Positions 13,187 to 24,852 of a stretch of 64,000 nt of DNA are shown here, piece after piece. The stretch comes from Octopus vulgaris (taxonomy: Eukaryota). The stretch spans positions 82,956,001-83,020,000 of the forward strand of contig OX597815.1 of NCBI GenBank assembly GCA_951406725.2. Direction: 5' to 3'. Each line of letters begins with the position of its first letter. Position 1 is the stretch's first letter. Under the pieces are notes generated by a model. It worked only from the letters and a program-made list of their open reading frames with translations, was not told the origin of the DNA and ran no database searches. A program made the position numbers and the translations under genes.

Positions 13187-13439
13187 CCCTGGCTTACCAT
13201 CCCTGCAAGAAGTACAAAAGATTGTCTTAACTGGTACATCACACGTATTGAGAAGAGCATTGTCGATGTGAGAACTGTTGCTGCTCATGTATTTTAATAT
13301 AACTTAAAAAAAAAAAAATGAACGAACTATTGAGTTTGGTTTAATGGCCTACCAATGTATACTATGAGTTTCTTTGCCCTAGGAGTCGGGAAGACACTCG
13401 GCAAGAAATGGAAGCAAATTTGAAAGAAGAAATAAAAAA

Positions 13440-13441
<2 letters not shown>
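13187..13441 (+). mobile_element. Heavily 5'-truncated R4/Dong-type LINE (last codons plus 3' UTR) within (TAA)n
   Basis: PGLPSLQEVQKIVLTGTSHVLRRALSM* is homologous to PGNPKMAEIQKIVLMGTAHILRKILSM* of the 13713 ORF; (TAA)n on both sides. Confidence 0.8.
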
Positions 13442-13513
<72 letters not shown>

Positions 13514-13537
13514 TATTATTATTATTATTATTATTAT

Positions 13538-15383
13538 TCTATGTTTGACTTTTGCTTTATGTCTGTACAAGTTGGCTCCAAGTCTCACACAGAGACCTCA
13601 AGAGACAACAGGTTAGAAGTTCTGTGCCATATATTTGGGTTTTTTTTTTTTTTGGTGTTGTACTAGTGAATGTCTAATACATAAAAAAAAAAGTTTGTTT
13701 TAAACCTTGGGATTACATAGAGAGTATTTTGCGTAGGATATGAGCAGTTCCCATGAGCACTATCTTTTGAATTTCTGCCATTTTGGGGTTTCCTGGTATC
13801 TGAGTTAGGTAGCAATCAGTCCCTTTCGCTATCATTCCCAGGGCACCTATGACAAGAGGTATTGTTTTAGTCTTCAGCTTCCACATTTTGCTGATTTCTA
13901 TTTCAAGATCTTTATATTTGCTCAGTTTTTGGTAGGTCTTGACAGATACGTTTATATCGATTGGGACAGTCATATCAATGAGGAGGCATGTTCTTTGTCT
14001 GAAGTCTTTCAATATAATGTCTGGCCTATTTGCATCTATCTTCCTGTCAGTTTGAATGGTGAAGTTCCAGAGGAGTGAGATGTGGTCATTTTCAAGCACA
14101 GGAGGTAGATTGTGTTCCCACCAGTTTTTTTCATGGGGCAAATCCAGGTTTTTGCAAATTACCCAGTGAATATATTGTGCAGCTCTATCATGCCTACTGA
14201 GGTACTCTGTAGGCGCTAGAAGACTGCATTTGGAGACAACATGGTCAATGGTTTCATTTTGTTGTCGGCATACACGACATGTTGGGCTACTGCCGTTCTT
14301 TAATATGTTGGCTTGGTAGTTTCTTGTTGGTAGGCATTGATCTTGAGCTGCTATGATAAACCCCTCTGTTTCAGATTTTAAGCCAGAGGCCATTAGCCAT
14401 TGATGGGTCAGGGCTTTGTCGATATCTGCATTATTCGCTCTCTTTGGGTATTTGCCATAGAGAGGTTTTTCATGCCATTTATTATTCAGAATATCTAAGG
14501 CCGCAGTTTTGGCACGGGTTTTCATGCGCCTAGCTTTTTCTGTGCTTGTTTCTTGTATATCTATCTCTAATTCCGATATTGGTTGTATTCGGAATTCACT
14601 TAGATATTCCTTTGCCTGTTTTGTGACTGAGTATGATGCTTTCTTGTTTTCATGTTTTGAGACAAGTTTTAACATCCAGTCCTCAGAGTTTTTCAGGTAG
14701 GTGTCTAGGCCAATTGTAGCAATCTTCATTGTTATTGCCAGTTGCAAAAGACCACGGCCTCCCTCTTTTCTTGGCAGATAGAGTCGTTCTGTATCTGCCT
14801 TAGGGTGGTGCATTCTATGCATTGTCAACAGTTTCCTTATTTTTCTGTCGAGCTGACATATTTCAGTAATTGACCAGTTAACAATATTGAAACTATAAGT
14901 CACGACTGGTATGGCTAATGCATTGATCGCTTCGATCCTGTTTCTTGCATTCAGCTCTGTTTTGAGTATTGCTCTCACTCTTCGATAGCATTCTCTCCTG
15001 ATCCTTTCCTTCATCTCTGAATACCTTATTCCGTTCCCTTCAATTACCCCTAGGTACTTGTAGCTCTCCGCTGGGTCTAGTTCTTTTATGACATTCTGTT
15101 GGTCAAGATGTTTCTGCCATTTTTCCTTTGATAAAGGTAGCCTTTGCACATTTATCGAGCCCGAATTGCATTCTGATGTCGTCACTGAATTGTTTGACTA
15201 TCGCTAGTAAGCCCTTGAGTTGTTGATCATTTTTTGCAAAAAGCTTTAAATCATCCATGTAAACGAGAGGATTTATATTTTTATCAAACATTTTATACCC
15301 GTACTGCGCGTCATTGAGCAGCTTTGAGAGAGGTATTAAGGATAAACAAAAGAGGAGTGGTGACAATGAGTCACCCTGGAAAA

Positions 15384-15385
<2 letters not shown>
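13538..15385 (-). mobile_element. 5'-truncated R4/Dong-type LINE (RT, CCHC, restriction-like endonuclease) inserted in (TAA)n
   Basis: FQGDSLSPLLF and YMDD (15103-15385 frame), a frameshift, then ORF 13713-15185 with KEGGRGL, CRVC..ETIDHVVSKC, RHD, RPD..D..K.KY. (TTA)n on both sides. Confidence 0.9.
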
Positions 15386-15417
<32 letters not shown>

Positions 15418-15469
15418 GTTAATATTATTATTGTTATTATCATGATAATAACAACAACAACAATAATAA

Positions 15470-15995
15470 TTTATTCGTTTATCAGCCACAGAGGCTCACA
15501 TAAAATAACAGTAAATCACATGCAACAACATAAAAGTCAAAAACAGAACGATACAATGGATTTTACAGCGTGTAAACATATAAATAACAATTACAATTAA
15601 ACAAATTACAACTCTCAATAGGGGAGGCGTTTTGAGGTCCTCACGGAAGAACTCAGAAAACCCACGGGTTCCTGATCAACAGAGCAAGACCTCTTTTTAT
15701 AGGTGCACGCTCAGAATTGGTCCTTTCACACTGGCCATTCTTCCAACATTCACCCATCTTTCAACAAACTTGCTAGAATGTAACAGTTCCGTCTTCACCC
15801 TCAACTTCCTTTTCACGTGAAACCTGAAAAAGTTGATGAAGGCTTGCCCAAAAAGGACAGTGTCTGTCTTTAGCCCTTTCAAACGGATCCACCATACTAC
15901 CTCTTTCGCTATAGCCACTAGACAGATAAAAATTGCCGGGCCCTCCCGGCCAAAAGAGGGCGAACGGGCAATCTTCACAATGGATTCAGCCGAAA
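15470..15995 (-). mobile_element. Tx1-group LINE 3' fragment
   Basis: ORF 15697-15978 (REGPAIFICLVAIAKEVVWWIRLKGL...HVKRKLRV) aligns with the C-terminus of ORF 129-1925; 3' tail AGCCTCTGTGGCTGATAAA. Confidence 0.8.
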
Positions 15996-16265
15996 CGTTG
16001 TGTTAACAACAAACAAGATAAGGAGAAATATCGTCAAATCTAAATAATGCAGGTTGGTGTGTATGTTGTGAAGCATATCTTATTGAAAAAAGAATTAGTA
16101 TTTTTCTTTGGGATAGATGTATTCTTTTGAGTATCTCTACCTGTGTGTATGTGTGTGTGTGTTTGTGATGTTTTCTTTTGCATGTATGTGTGAGTGTATG
16201 AGTGTGTTTTTGTGATGCTTTCTTTTTTGTGCATGTGTATAGGTTTGTGTGTGTGTTTGTGTGTA

Positions 16266-16322
<57 letters not shown>

Positions 16323-16499
16323 CTGTTGGCTTATATGAATATTGGAAAAAAGATTTATGAAACGAAAGGAAGTATTTTTCAAAATGATATGTATAAAATT
16401 GTTTTTATGTGTCTGTTACTATTTATTCGTCGTGGTTGGTTCTATATTTAATTGTGATTTATACTTGATAAACATCCTTTCTTTATTGAGTTTTTATTG

Positions 16500-17215
16500 T
16501 TTGAAGGGATCTGAGCACTTGTAGAGGTTGCAATGTGATTGCTGAAAGGAATCTTCCATGTGCTTTGGGTCGCCATTCTGTTGTGTAACAGTCCACCCGT
16601 CTCTCCTATGTAATTATGTTGGCAATCATAGCATGTGATTACGTAGATAATGTTTTCTGTGTTGCAGGTGACATTGGCCTTGACTTTGAAGCTTTGGCTA
16701 TCTTTGAATTTAAATTCTAGCCCTTCAATTAAGTAACGGCAAGTGCCACAGTTTGTTTTCATGCGTTTGGTGACCATTGGGTTTGGGTTCTTTTGTGCGT
16801 TTTTGCTCCAGTGAGAATGAGTTTTAGTGTTTTGGGATGCCTTTTGCTTTTGATTATTCGTTGCTTTTCTAAGACTTTTCTTATTTTTTCATCTGTAAAT
16901 ATGATGGGCATGTTTTTGTGGATATGATCAAATATTTCTGTGTTCCTGGGATCGAAGGTTGACACGAATGGTAAGACATTTTTCTTGTATTTTGTATTTT
17001 GTTCTCCTAATTTCATTGATATCAATTTGTTTCGCTTTGATTATTCCGTTGGTGATTATGCCAAGAGGGAAGGCTCTTTGTACTTCAGTTCCTCTAGTCT
17101 TTGTTCACGTTTGGATGGTTCTGATACTCTGATACAAATTCGTTTTGCCAGGTTGAAAGGAATGTTGAGTTTGGTGTGTTTCGGGTGATATGATGTGAAA
17201 AGAAGGTACTGCTGG
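16500..17215 (-). mobile_element. Penelope-like element fragment: RT thumb, linker and GIY-YIG endonuclease (frameshifted)
   Basis: QYLLFTSYHPKHTKLNIPFNLAKRIC, LPFVSTFDP, CGTC, CNTENIIYVITCYDCQHNYIGETG. Confidence 0.85.
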
Positions 17216-18634
17216 AACCATGTCGACCACCTTAAATTGCAACTCTTCTGCCGAGACCAATCGGTATAAGGGCGAGTTTGCTACCCCTTATATATATTAC
17301 AGAATGCTTCCTGGTCTCGATCATAGTCGAAAATTTCACCACAAACTTGTCGAACCTTATTCCTCGAGCGCATTAAGTTTTTGGACTCGGATTGGTGAAA
17401 AAACGCTTTCCAATATAGTCTTGTAACGCTTGTTCCAATTTTCTGAACTTCAGTCTTATACACCTATATATTATACTTTCTGTGTGTATCGCTCTGATAT
17501 CAGTTAAGCTTAAATAAATTTAAGAAATTTTCAACACTTCAAATCCTACTGCGATAGAGAAATTATTTCTTGGACTCGACAAGCAGTAGTAAATCCTTTA
17601 GCAGTTGGTTTGCAAGCCACTGTCATGCCATCATTAATGGTGTTAGTGTTAATGTTGAAGGCGGTGGTGTTAGTAATGGATGCTAGTATTGGTAGATATG
17701 CTGTTGCTGCCATCAGTTCTTTTACTTTTGTCGTCCTCATTTTCAGTGGTGCTGTCGCTGATGTTGCAGTTCTTTCTATTACTTTTGTCACCGTTATCAC
17801 TGAAGTCGCAGCTGTTTGTTGCATCACTGTTGGTACTAATTTTAGTGGTAGACTGGCAGTGATGGTGTCACTGTTGTCGACCACTCATTCGATTTTGTTC
17901 TTGTTGTTGTTCTTGTTGCTGGTTTTGTTATTGCTCTACTGACGCGAGTAACGGTGACGATGTCGGTGGTCAGAGAAACTGTGGTTGTACTTGAAAAACT
18001 GAAGTTTATATTGTTTAATTGTTCCACTCTCATGCCATTATTGGTGTTGTCGCTGCTACTACCGTACTTTTGTCGAAATAACTTTTACTGAAGTTGCTGC
18101 ATTCTTTCTCTACATGTGGGGAACTTCATAAGAGAAGAAAAATGAAGCTGTAGAACATTTCCTTAATGACGCTATTCTTACTGCCATTCGTACCCTGCAA
18201 CTACGATTCCTAAGAATGTTTCATCGGATGATGTGACTTGCCATCTATCCCCAATATAACATTCCTGTTTATTAATTTAGTATGTAATAGCTTCTGTATT
18301 ATAATGTTTTTGAAGGTTTCTGCTAAAATCCCTTTGTCGCTGATTGTTCTTGATCAGAGATTATCTAGGATTAAGGCGGGACATCTAATATAAAACAAGA
18401 AGTAACAAAGTAACACTGACAGAAAGTAAAGCAGAAAAAAATTTATTCAACCTTGCACAAAATACAGAATATATGAAAGAAGCTACATAATATGGAAGAA
18501 GAAAAAAATAAAATTAATATGAAGAAGAAGAGATAAGAAAGCAATTATATATAAGTTATATATACATATATGTGTGCGTGGTGTGAGTGTCTGTGTATAT
18601 ATATATGTATATATATATATATGTATATATATGT

Positions 18635-18693
<59 letters not shown>

Positions 18694-19409
18694 TTATATA
18701 TATACACACAAATATATATATACATATATGCTTGTGTTTATGTAGGTACACACGCACATGTGTGTATGTATGTATGTATATATGTTTATATGTATTATGC
18801 ATCTATATATGTATGTATATTTACAAAAAAAAACTCAAGAATTAACGATTTACAGAAAATACAAGAATATCGCTCAGATATTTGAGGACTAAAAATATTT
18901 TCACTTTCGTCTAGTAAACATATTTTTCGCGTTACGTTTCATTTTCGTTGTACTTTGTTTTACCTATTAATTTTTTTTTTTACATTTCCATTTCTTCTTC
19001 CTGTCTTTTTTATCCGCTTTATTATCATTTTAGATCAAGAACATTTCTGACTTGCTCACTCGAATATAGATTGTTTAGTAGTTTGTTTCTATGATGCCCC
19101 GTTTCCTTAATACCCAAAACTTAAGTTTGACACCAGCATTCATATTTTCGTTTTTCTTTTACATTTATATTTTCTCTTTGCATATTTTCCTCGCATTTTT
19201 TCTTGAACATAACTTTTTGTTTGCTAATGTTTTATTTATTCTTTCTCATTCAACTTTGTACCGATCACTCTCTCGCTCTCTCCCTCCTTCTCTCTCTTGC
19301 TTTCTCTTTTCTTTCTTTTCCTTTCGGCTTCTCTATTCATATCTCTATTTTCCTCATCTCTCTTTCTCTTTCCGTCGTGTACATTTTGTCTATTTTATTT
19401 CACCACGCT

Positions 19410-20080
19410 TTCGGCGTCGATAAATTAAGTACCAGTTGCGCTCTGGGGTCGATGTAATCGACTTGATACGTTTGTCTGTCCTTGTTTGTCCTCTCTGTGT
19501 TTAGCCCCTTGTGGGTAGTAAAGAAATAGGTAGTACAGAAATAGGTATTTCGTCTGCCGTTATGTTCTGAGTTCAAATTCCGCCGAGGTCGACTTTTCCT
19601 TTCATCCTTTCGAGGTCGATAAATTAAGTATCAGTTACGCACTGGGGTTGATATAATCGACTTAATCCGTTTGTCTGTCCTTGTTTGTCCTCTCTGTCTT
19701 TAGCGTCTCGTGGGTAGTACAGAAATAGATATTTCGTCTGCCGTTACGTTCTGAGTTCAAATTCCGCCGAAGTCGACTTTGCCTTTTATCCTTTCGGGTT
19801 CGATTAAATAAGTACCAGTTACGCACTGGGGTCGATATAATCGACTTAATCCGTTTGTCTGGCCTTGTTTGACCTCTCTGTGTTTAGCCCCTTGTGGGTA
19901 GTAAAGAAATAGGTATTTCGTCTGTCTTTACGTTCTGCGTTCAAATTCTGCCGAGGTCGATTTTGCCTTTAATCCTTTCGGGTCAATAAATTAAGTACCA
20001 GTTGCGTACTAGAGTTAATCTAATCGACTGGCCACCTCCCCCAAAATTTCGGGCCTTGTGCCTAGAGTAGAAAATATTAT
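19410..20080 (+). repeat. Tandem array of Nin-type SINE bodies, 184-bp period, about 3.6 units
   Basis: ATTTCGTCTG recurs at 19547, 19731 and 19915; the units lack the A-box head. Confidence 0.88.
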
Positions 20081-20529
20081 TTTACCACATTTCTTCAACG
20101 CAGTTAAACGGTTATATGTGTATGCTTACACTGTTTCTGAGTGGTCGCATTAGTATGTGTGTGTCAGCAATACGCCTAAATATCTTTGCATTACTGTGTG
20201 TTACTGCAATACATTCGTGTAAATGTTTGAAAATGTTATTCGACAATAATTTTTATTCTATTTGAGTTTCTGTTTTAACCTGTCACTGTGTTTCTTCTAT
20301 TCATTAATTTCCTGTCTACCTCTTTGCCTAGCTATTTTCCTCAACATATCGCTTTCGATTTAATCACCATTTATTTTACTCACAAATTCACGAACCTTGC
20401 TTTTCCCATGTTTATTACTTTCAAGCGCACATTTTATGACTATAGTTTATCTCAAACACTCTCACTGTCTGTGTGTGGCCTCCACGTCTTTGTCTGTCTA
20501 TCTGCCTATCTGCCTGTATCTCTCTCTCC

Positions 20530-20600
<71 letters not shown>

Positions 20601-21078
20601 CTGCAGTATTGCACTATTTGTTAATTTTTTCTTTGGAAATTTTTTCGCTGTTCTGTCTCTGTTAACGGCCAGGCGTTCAGACAAGTATTACGGGTATTGA
20701 TGTAGCGAGATTTGAAATTTTGTCTAGGTGAATCTAGCCCAAGAGAACTAATTAAATTTATGTTAACAAATGTAATTTGGAAGGTTCGAAACCTAGGTCC
20801 TAGATTATCTACATCTGGGTTGTATATTTACTTAATGTTCTACCTAGAGGTAAGATGAATTTTTATTTATGTTCGCCGTCCGCAAACATCTTTGCCAGTA
20901 TATATATGCAGTGAAGCTTTACTATAGCGTCGTATATTATCGTCTGCTATTTCCAGTAAATATTGGTGCATTGTTGTTCCACTATCTTATATATATATAT
21001 ATATATATATATATCTGTAAATGTAATATGTGACAATTATTCGGTAGCCATGACAAATATATATATATATATATATAT

Positions 21079-21344
21079 GGAGGCGCAATGGCCCAGTGGC
21101 TAGGGCAGGGGACTCGCGGTTTCGATTACCAGACCGGGCGTTGTGTGTGTTTATTGAGCAAAAACACCTAAAACCTCCACGATCCCTGCTGTACTCTTTC
21201 ACCACTCTCTCTCACTCTTTCTTCTGTTGGTCTGCTCGCTTAGCCAGCGGTGTGGTGTCATTCGAAGGCTAAAATAATGCAAATGCATTGTGACCAGCGA
21301 TGTGTTGTAACATCTGATGGTCTGGTCGGTCACGTGACGTGATA
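21079..21344 (+). mobile_element. tRNA-derived SINE (separate family) in (TA)n
   Basis: GGCGCAATGGCCCAGTGGCTAGGG A-box, GGTTTCGATTACC B-box-like, tail GGTCTGGTCGGTCACGTGA. Confidence 0.75.
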
Positions 21345-21483
21345 TATATATATATATATATCAACAATCAAGGAACGGCCATAATAGGCCATTCACCCAC
21401 TAGAAATAACAGCCAAAGCTTCAACCGCAAATAAAAGTCAATTCTGTAAACCAGGAGAAAATTTAAAAAACATTTACCCTGTA

Positions 21484-21590
21484 ATTTCTTATACGATATA
21501 CCGTTTCATCTGCTGATTAATGGTAAACAAACCTGATTAAATTAAATCAAGCCAATCTTCCACAGGCCCTCAGATTCATCAGTAAGAAAT
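21484..21590 (-). ncRNA. Type I hammerhead ribozyme with extended stem II (minus arm, copy 1)
   Basis: Reverse complement of the 22917-23023 motif. Confidence 0.85.
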
Positions 21591-21975
21591 AGCCCAAGTC
21601 GGAGCAGATATTTTCACGAGGCATTTCCGACCTTGCCAAGTTTATATCTGACCTAAAATTTTCAAATCGTCGCACTCGCGCCAAATTTATCGGCAGCAAA
21701 TAAATATAAGCCGTCGATTCCATTACGGAATTAACCAGAAAATTCATAATTAATCAATATAGGGTGGCAAAAAAAATTTTGTAGAATTCTTTTGCCACCA
21801 GCGGTCTAGTAGGAAAAAATTAAATAGTCATAGACCATTTTTAAGTTTAACATCAACAATCAAGGAACGGCCATAATAGGCCATTCACCCACTAGAAATA
21901 ACAGCCAAAGCTTCAACCGCAAATAAAAGTCAATTCTGTAAACCAGGAGAAAATTTAAAAAACATTTACCCTGTA

Positions 21976-22082
21976 ATTTCTTATACGATATACCGTTTCA
22001 TCTGCTGATTAATGGTAAACAAACCTGATTAAATTAAATCAAGCCAATCTTCCACAGGCCCTCAGATTCATCAGTAAGAAAT
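21976..22082 (-). ncRNA. Type I hammerhead ribozyme with extended stem II (minus arm, copy 2)
   Basis: Reverse complement of the 22917-23023 motif, 492 bp from copy 1. Confidence 0.85.
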
Positions 22083-22424
22083 AGCCCAAGTCGGAGCAGA
22101 TATTTTCACGAGGCATTTCCGACCTTGCCAAGTTTATATTATGGCCGTTCCTTGATTGTTGATGTTAAACTTAAAAATGGTCTATGACTATTTAATTTTT
22201 TCCTACTAGACCGCTGGTGGCAAAAGAATTCTACAAAATTTTTTTTGCCACCCTATATTGATTAATTATGAATTTTCTGGTTAATTCCGTAATGGAATCG
22301 ACGGCTTATATTTATTTGCTGCCGATAAATTTGGCGCGAGTGCGACGATTTGAAAATTTTAGGTCAGATATAAACTTGGCAAGGTCGGAAATGCCTCGTG
22401 AAAATATCTGCTTCGACTTGGGCT

Positions 22425-22531
22425 ATTTCTTACTGATGAATCTGAGAGCCTGTGGAAGATTGGCTTGATTTAATTTAATCAGGTTTGTTTACCATTAATC
22501 AGCAGATGAAACGGTATATCGTATAAGAAAT
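22425..22531 (+). ncRNA. Type I hammerhead ribozyme with extended stem II (plus arm, copy 1)
   Basis: atttctta CTGATGA atctg...cagat GAAAC ggtatatc GTA taagaaat. 8-bp stem I; predicted cleavage after 22523. Confidence 0.88.
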
Positions 22532-22916
22532 TACAGGGTAAATGTTTTTTAAATTTTCTCCTGGTTTACAGAATTGACTTTTATTTGCGGTTGAAGCTTT
22601 GGCTGTTATTTCTAGTGGGTGAATGGCCTATTATGGCCGTTCCTTGATTGTTGATGTTAAACTTAAAAATGGTCTATGACTATTTAATTTTTTCCTACTA
22701 GACCGCTGGTGGCAAAAGAATTCTACAAAATTTTTTTTGCCACCCTATATTGATTAATTATGAATTTTCTGGTTAATTCCGTAATGGAATCGACGGCTTA
22801 TATTTATTTGCTGCCGATAAATTTGGCGCGAGTGCGACGATTTGAAAATTTTAGGTCAGATATAAACTTGGCAAGGTCGGAAATGCCTCGTGAAAATATC
22901 TGCTCCGACTTGGGCT

Positions 22917-23023
22917 ATTTCTTACTGATGAATCTGAGGGCCTGTGGAAGATTGGCTTGATTTAATTTAATCAGGTTTGTTTACCATTAATCAGCAGATG
23001 AAACGGTATATCGTATAAGAAAT
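22917..23023 (+). ncRNA. Type I hammerhead ribozyme with extended stem II (plus arm, copy 2)
   Basis: Same motif; predicted cleavage after 23015. Confidence 0.88.
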
Positions 23024-23244
23024 TACAGGGTAAATGTTTTTAAATTTTCTCCTGGTTTACAGAATTGACTTTTATTTGCGGTTGAAGCTTTGGCTGTTAT
23101 TTCTAGTGGGTGAATGGCCTATTATGGCCGTTCCTTGATTGTTGATGTTAAACTTAAAAATGGTCTATGACTATTTAATTTTTTCCTACTAGACCGCTGG
23201 TGGCAAAAGAATTCTACAAAATTTTTTTTGCCACCCTATATTGA

Positions 23245-23286
<42 letters not shown>

Positions 23287-23947
23287 TTATATTTCTTATA
23301 AGTCTGTGCGGGTATATGCGTATATAGATTTGTGCGTGTGTGCCTGCATGTACGTGCGTATATAGACGTTTTTTACTCAGTGTTTTTACATATTTTCTTG
23401 TATTTTTGCCTTTAGCCCTATTTTTTCTTGTGTATGTGTGTGTGTGTGTGTGTGTCTGAGTATATAGACGTCTGCGGGCATGTGTGTATATAGGCGCGTG
23501 TGTGTGCGTGCATAAGTGTATGTGCGTAAATAGACGTGGTTTACTCTGTGTATACTCACTTATGCCATTTTTCTGTATCGTTACCCATAGCCCTGGTTTT
23601 TTCTGGTGCTTGTGCATATATAGACGTGTGTATGAACCTTTACGGTGCGCGTGTGTGTGTGTAGGTTTGTATGCATATACATATACATTTGGCGAATGGT
23701 GAGAGTGAAGATGTGTACGTTATCAAGTGAGGGTGGATGAATGTATGCTTTTAGGCGCAAGCACTTGGATATGCGGGCGCGTATGTGTAGGTATGAATAT
23801 GTGTGCTTACGCGAATACTATGAACTTACTTTTACTCTCTCTCCTTACTTAGCGGCCATTCAAATAGCTCTTTTGTCTTAATAACGGTCAATCACACAGT
23901 AATTTCTCTTTGTATAATGGTTATTTTTTTATAGCATTTTTCCGATG

Positions 23948-24017
23948 GCCAGATAACTGAAGAGATGGCGGCGTGGATTTCCACCTCGGCATCCGAAACT
24001 CGGAGTTTTATCATGGC
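23948..24017 (+). ncRNA. Type I hammerhead ribozyme
   Basis: gcca-gataa CTGAAGA gatg-gcggcgtggatttccacctcgg-catc-c GAAAC tcgga GTT ttatc-a-tggc. Confidence 0.72.
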
Positions 24018-24259
24018 TATAATAATTGTCGCATATTATATTTACAGATAAATTCCTCTATTTACATAATATCGAGGACTCTTTCTTTCTTTTGTTGTCT
24101 TACCATTTTATCCATATATATATTAGAGATAATGGTGCCATTCAGGCCCAAAGGTGTCCGGTAATGCTGAATAAGTGCTATAGACAGACCATAGTTAAGT
24201 TCCAGATTCGGTAATATTGCGAATAAAGGGCTCAACGTTGGTTCTATGTCAGTGTGTGT

Positions 24260-24396
24260 ATATAAGAATTTTTTGAGTAATAAGATAAAAAACCAAGGCT
24301 GTAAAAATATTAGAGCATTTATAGATAGAAGATCTATCTATAAATGCTCTAATATTTATACAGCCTTGGTTTTTTATCTTATTACGCAAAAAATTT

Positions 24397-24400
<4 letters not shown>
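24260..24400. repeat. Near-perfect hairpin (~70-bp arms), Penelope-like pLTR remnant
   Basis: TAATAAGATAAAAAACCAAGGCTGTA.AAATATTAGAGCATTTATAGATAGA followed by its reverse complement; turn at about 24330. Confidence 0.88.
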
Positions 24401-24469
<69 letters not shown>

Positions 24470-24852
24470 GTAGGAGCGGCTGCGTGGTAGGTAGGTAGGT
24501 TGCTTACGAACCACATGGTTCCAGGTTCAGTCCCACTGCGTGGCACCTTGGGCAAGTGTCTTGTACTGTAGCCTCGGGCCGACCAAAGCATTGTGAGTGG
24601 ATTTGGTAGACGGAAACTGAAAGAAGCCCGTCGTATATATGCATATATATATGTATGTATGTGTATACATTTGTGTGTCTGTGTTTGTCCCCCCAACATC
24701 GCTTGATAACCGATGCGGGTGTGTTTACCTCCCCGTGAACTATCGGTTCAATAAGTACAGGGCTTACAAAGAATAAGTCCTGGTGTCGATTTGCTCCACT
24801 AAAGGCGGTGCTCCAACATGGCCACATTCTAATGACTGAAACAAGTAAAGCA
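24470..24852 (+). mobile_element. tRNA-derived SINE with CORE-like segment, internal microsatellite and CR1-like tail
   Basis: GGTTCAGTCCC B-box-like, CCTTGGGCAAGTGTCTT, tail GGCGGTGCTCCA.CATGGCC...TGACTGAAACAAGTAAA. Confidence 0.85.

Larger units (their letters stand above)
21360..23252. repeat. 492-bp tandem repeat in two opposed arms (minus 21360-22139, ~1.6 units; plus 22137-23252, ~2.3 units); hammerhead-bearing, retrozyme/pLTR-like
   Basis: Identical text recurs at 21360/21852 and at 22141/22633/23124; the arms are reverse complements; (TA)n on both sides. Confidence 0.95.

Noticed and set aside
17546-18100. Thr/Ala- or Val-rich ORFs resembling a mucin or membrane protein
   Set aside because: Decayed trinucleotide (GTT/GCT/GAT) low-complexity sequence open on both strands; no splice or domain evidence.
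19410-20080. CRISPR-like or other prokaryotic repeat array (also considered for 36893-37179)
   Set aside because: No unique spacers, the units derive from SINE or LINE sequence, the context is eukaryotic, and there are no cas genes.
22268-22468. Repeated 66-aa ORF (also at 22760 and 21547)
   Set aside because: It recurs only because the DNA unit repeats; no recognisable domain, and it overlaps the ribozyme core.
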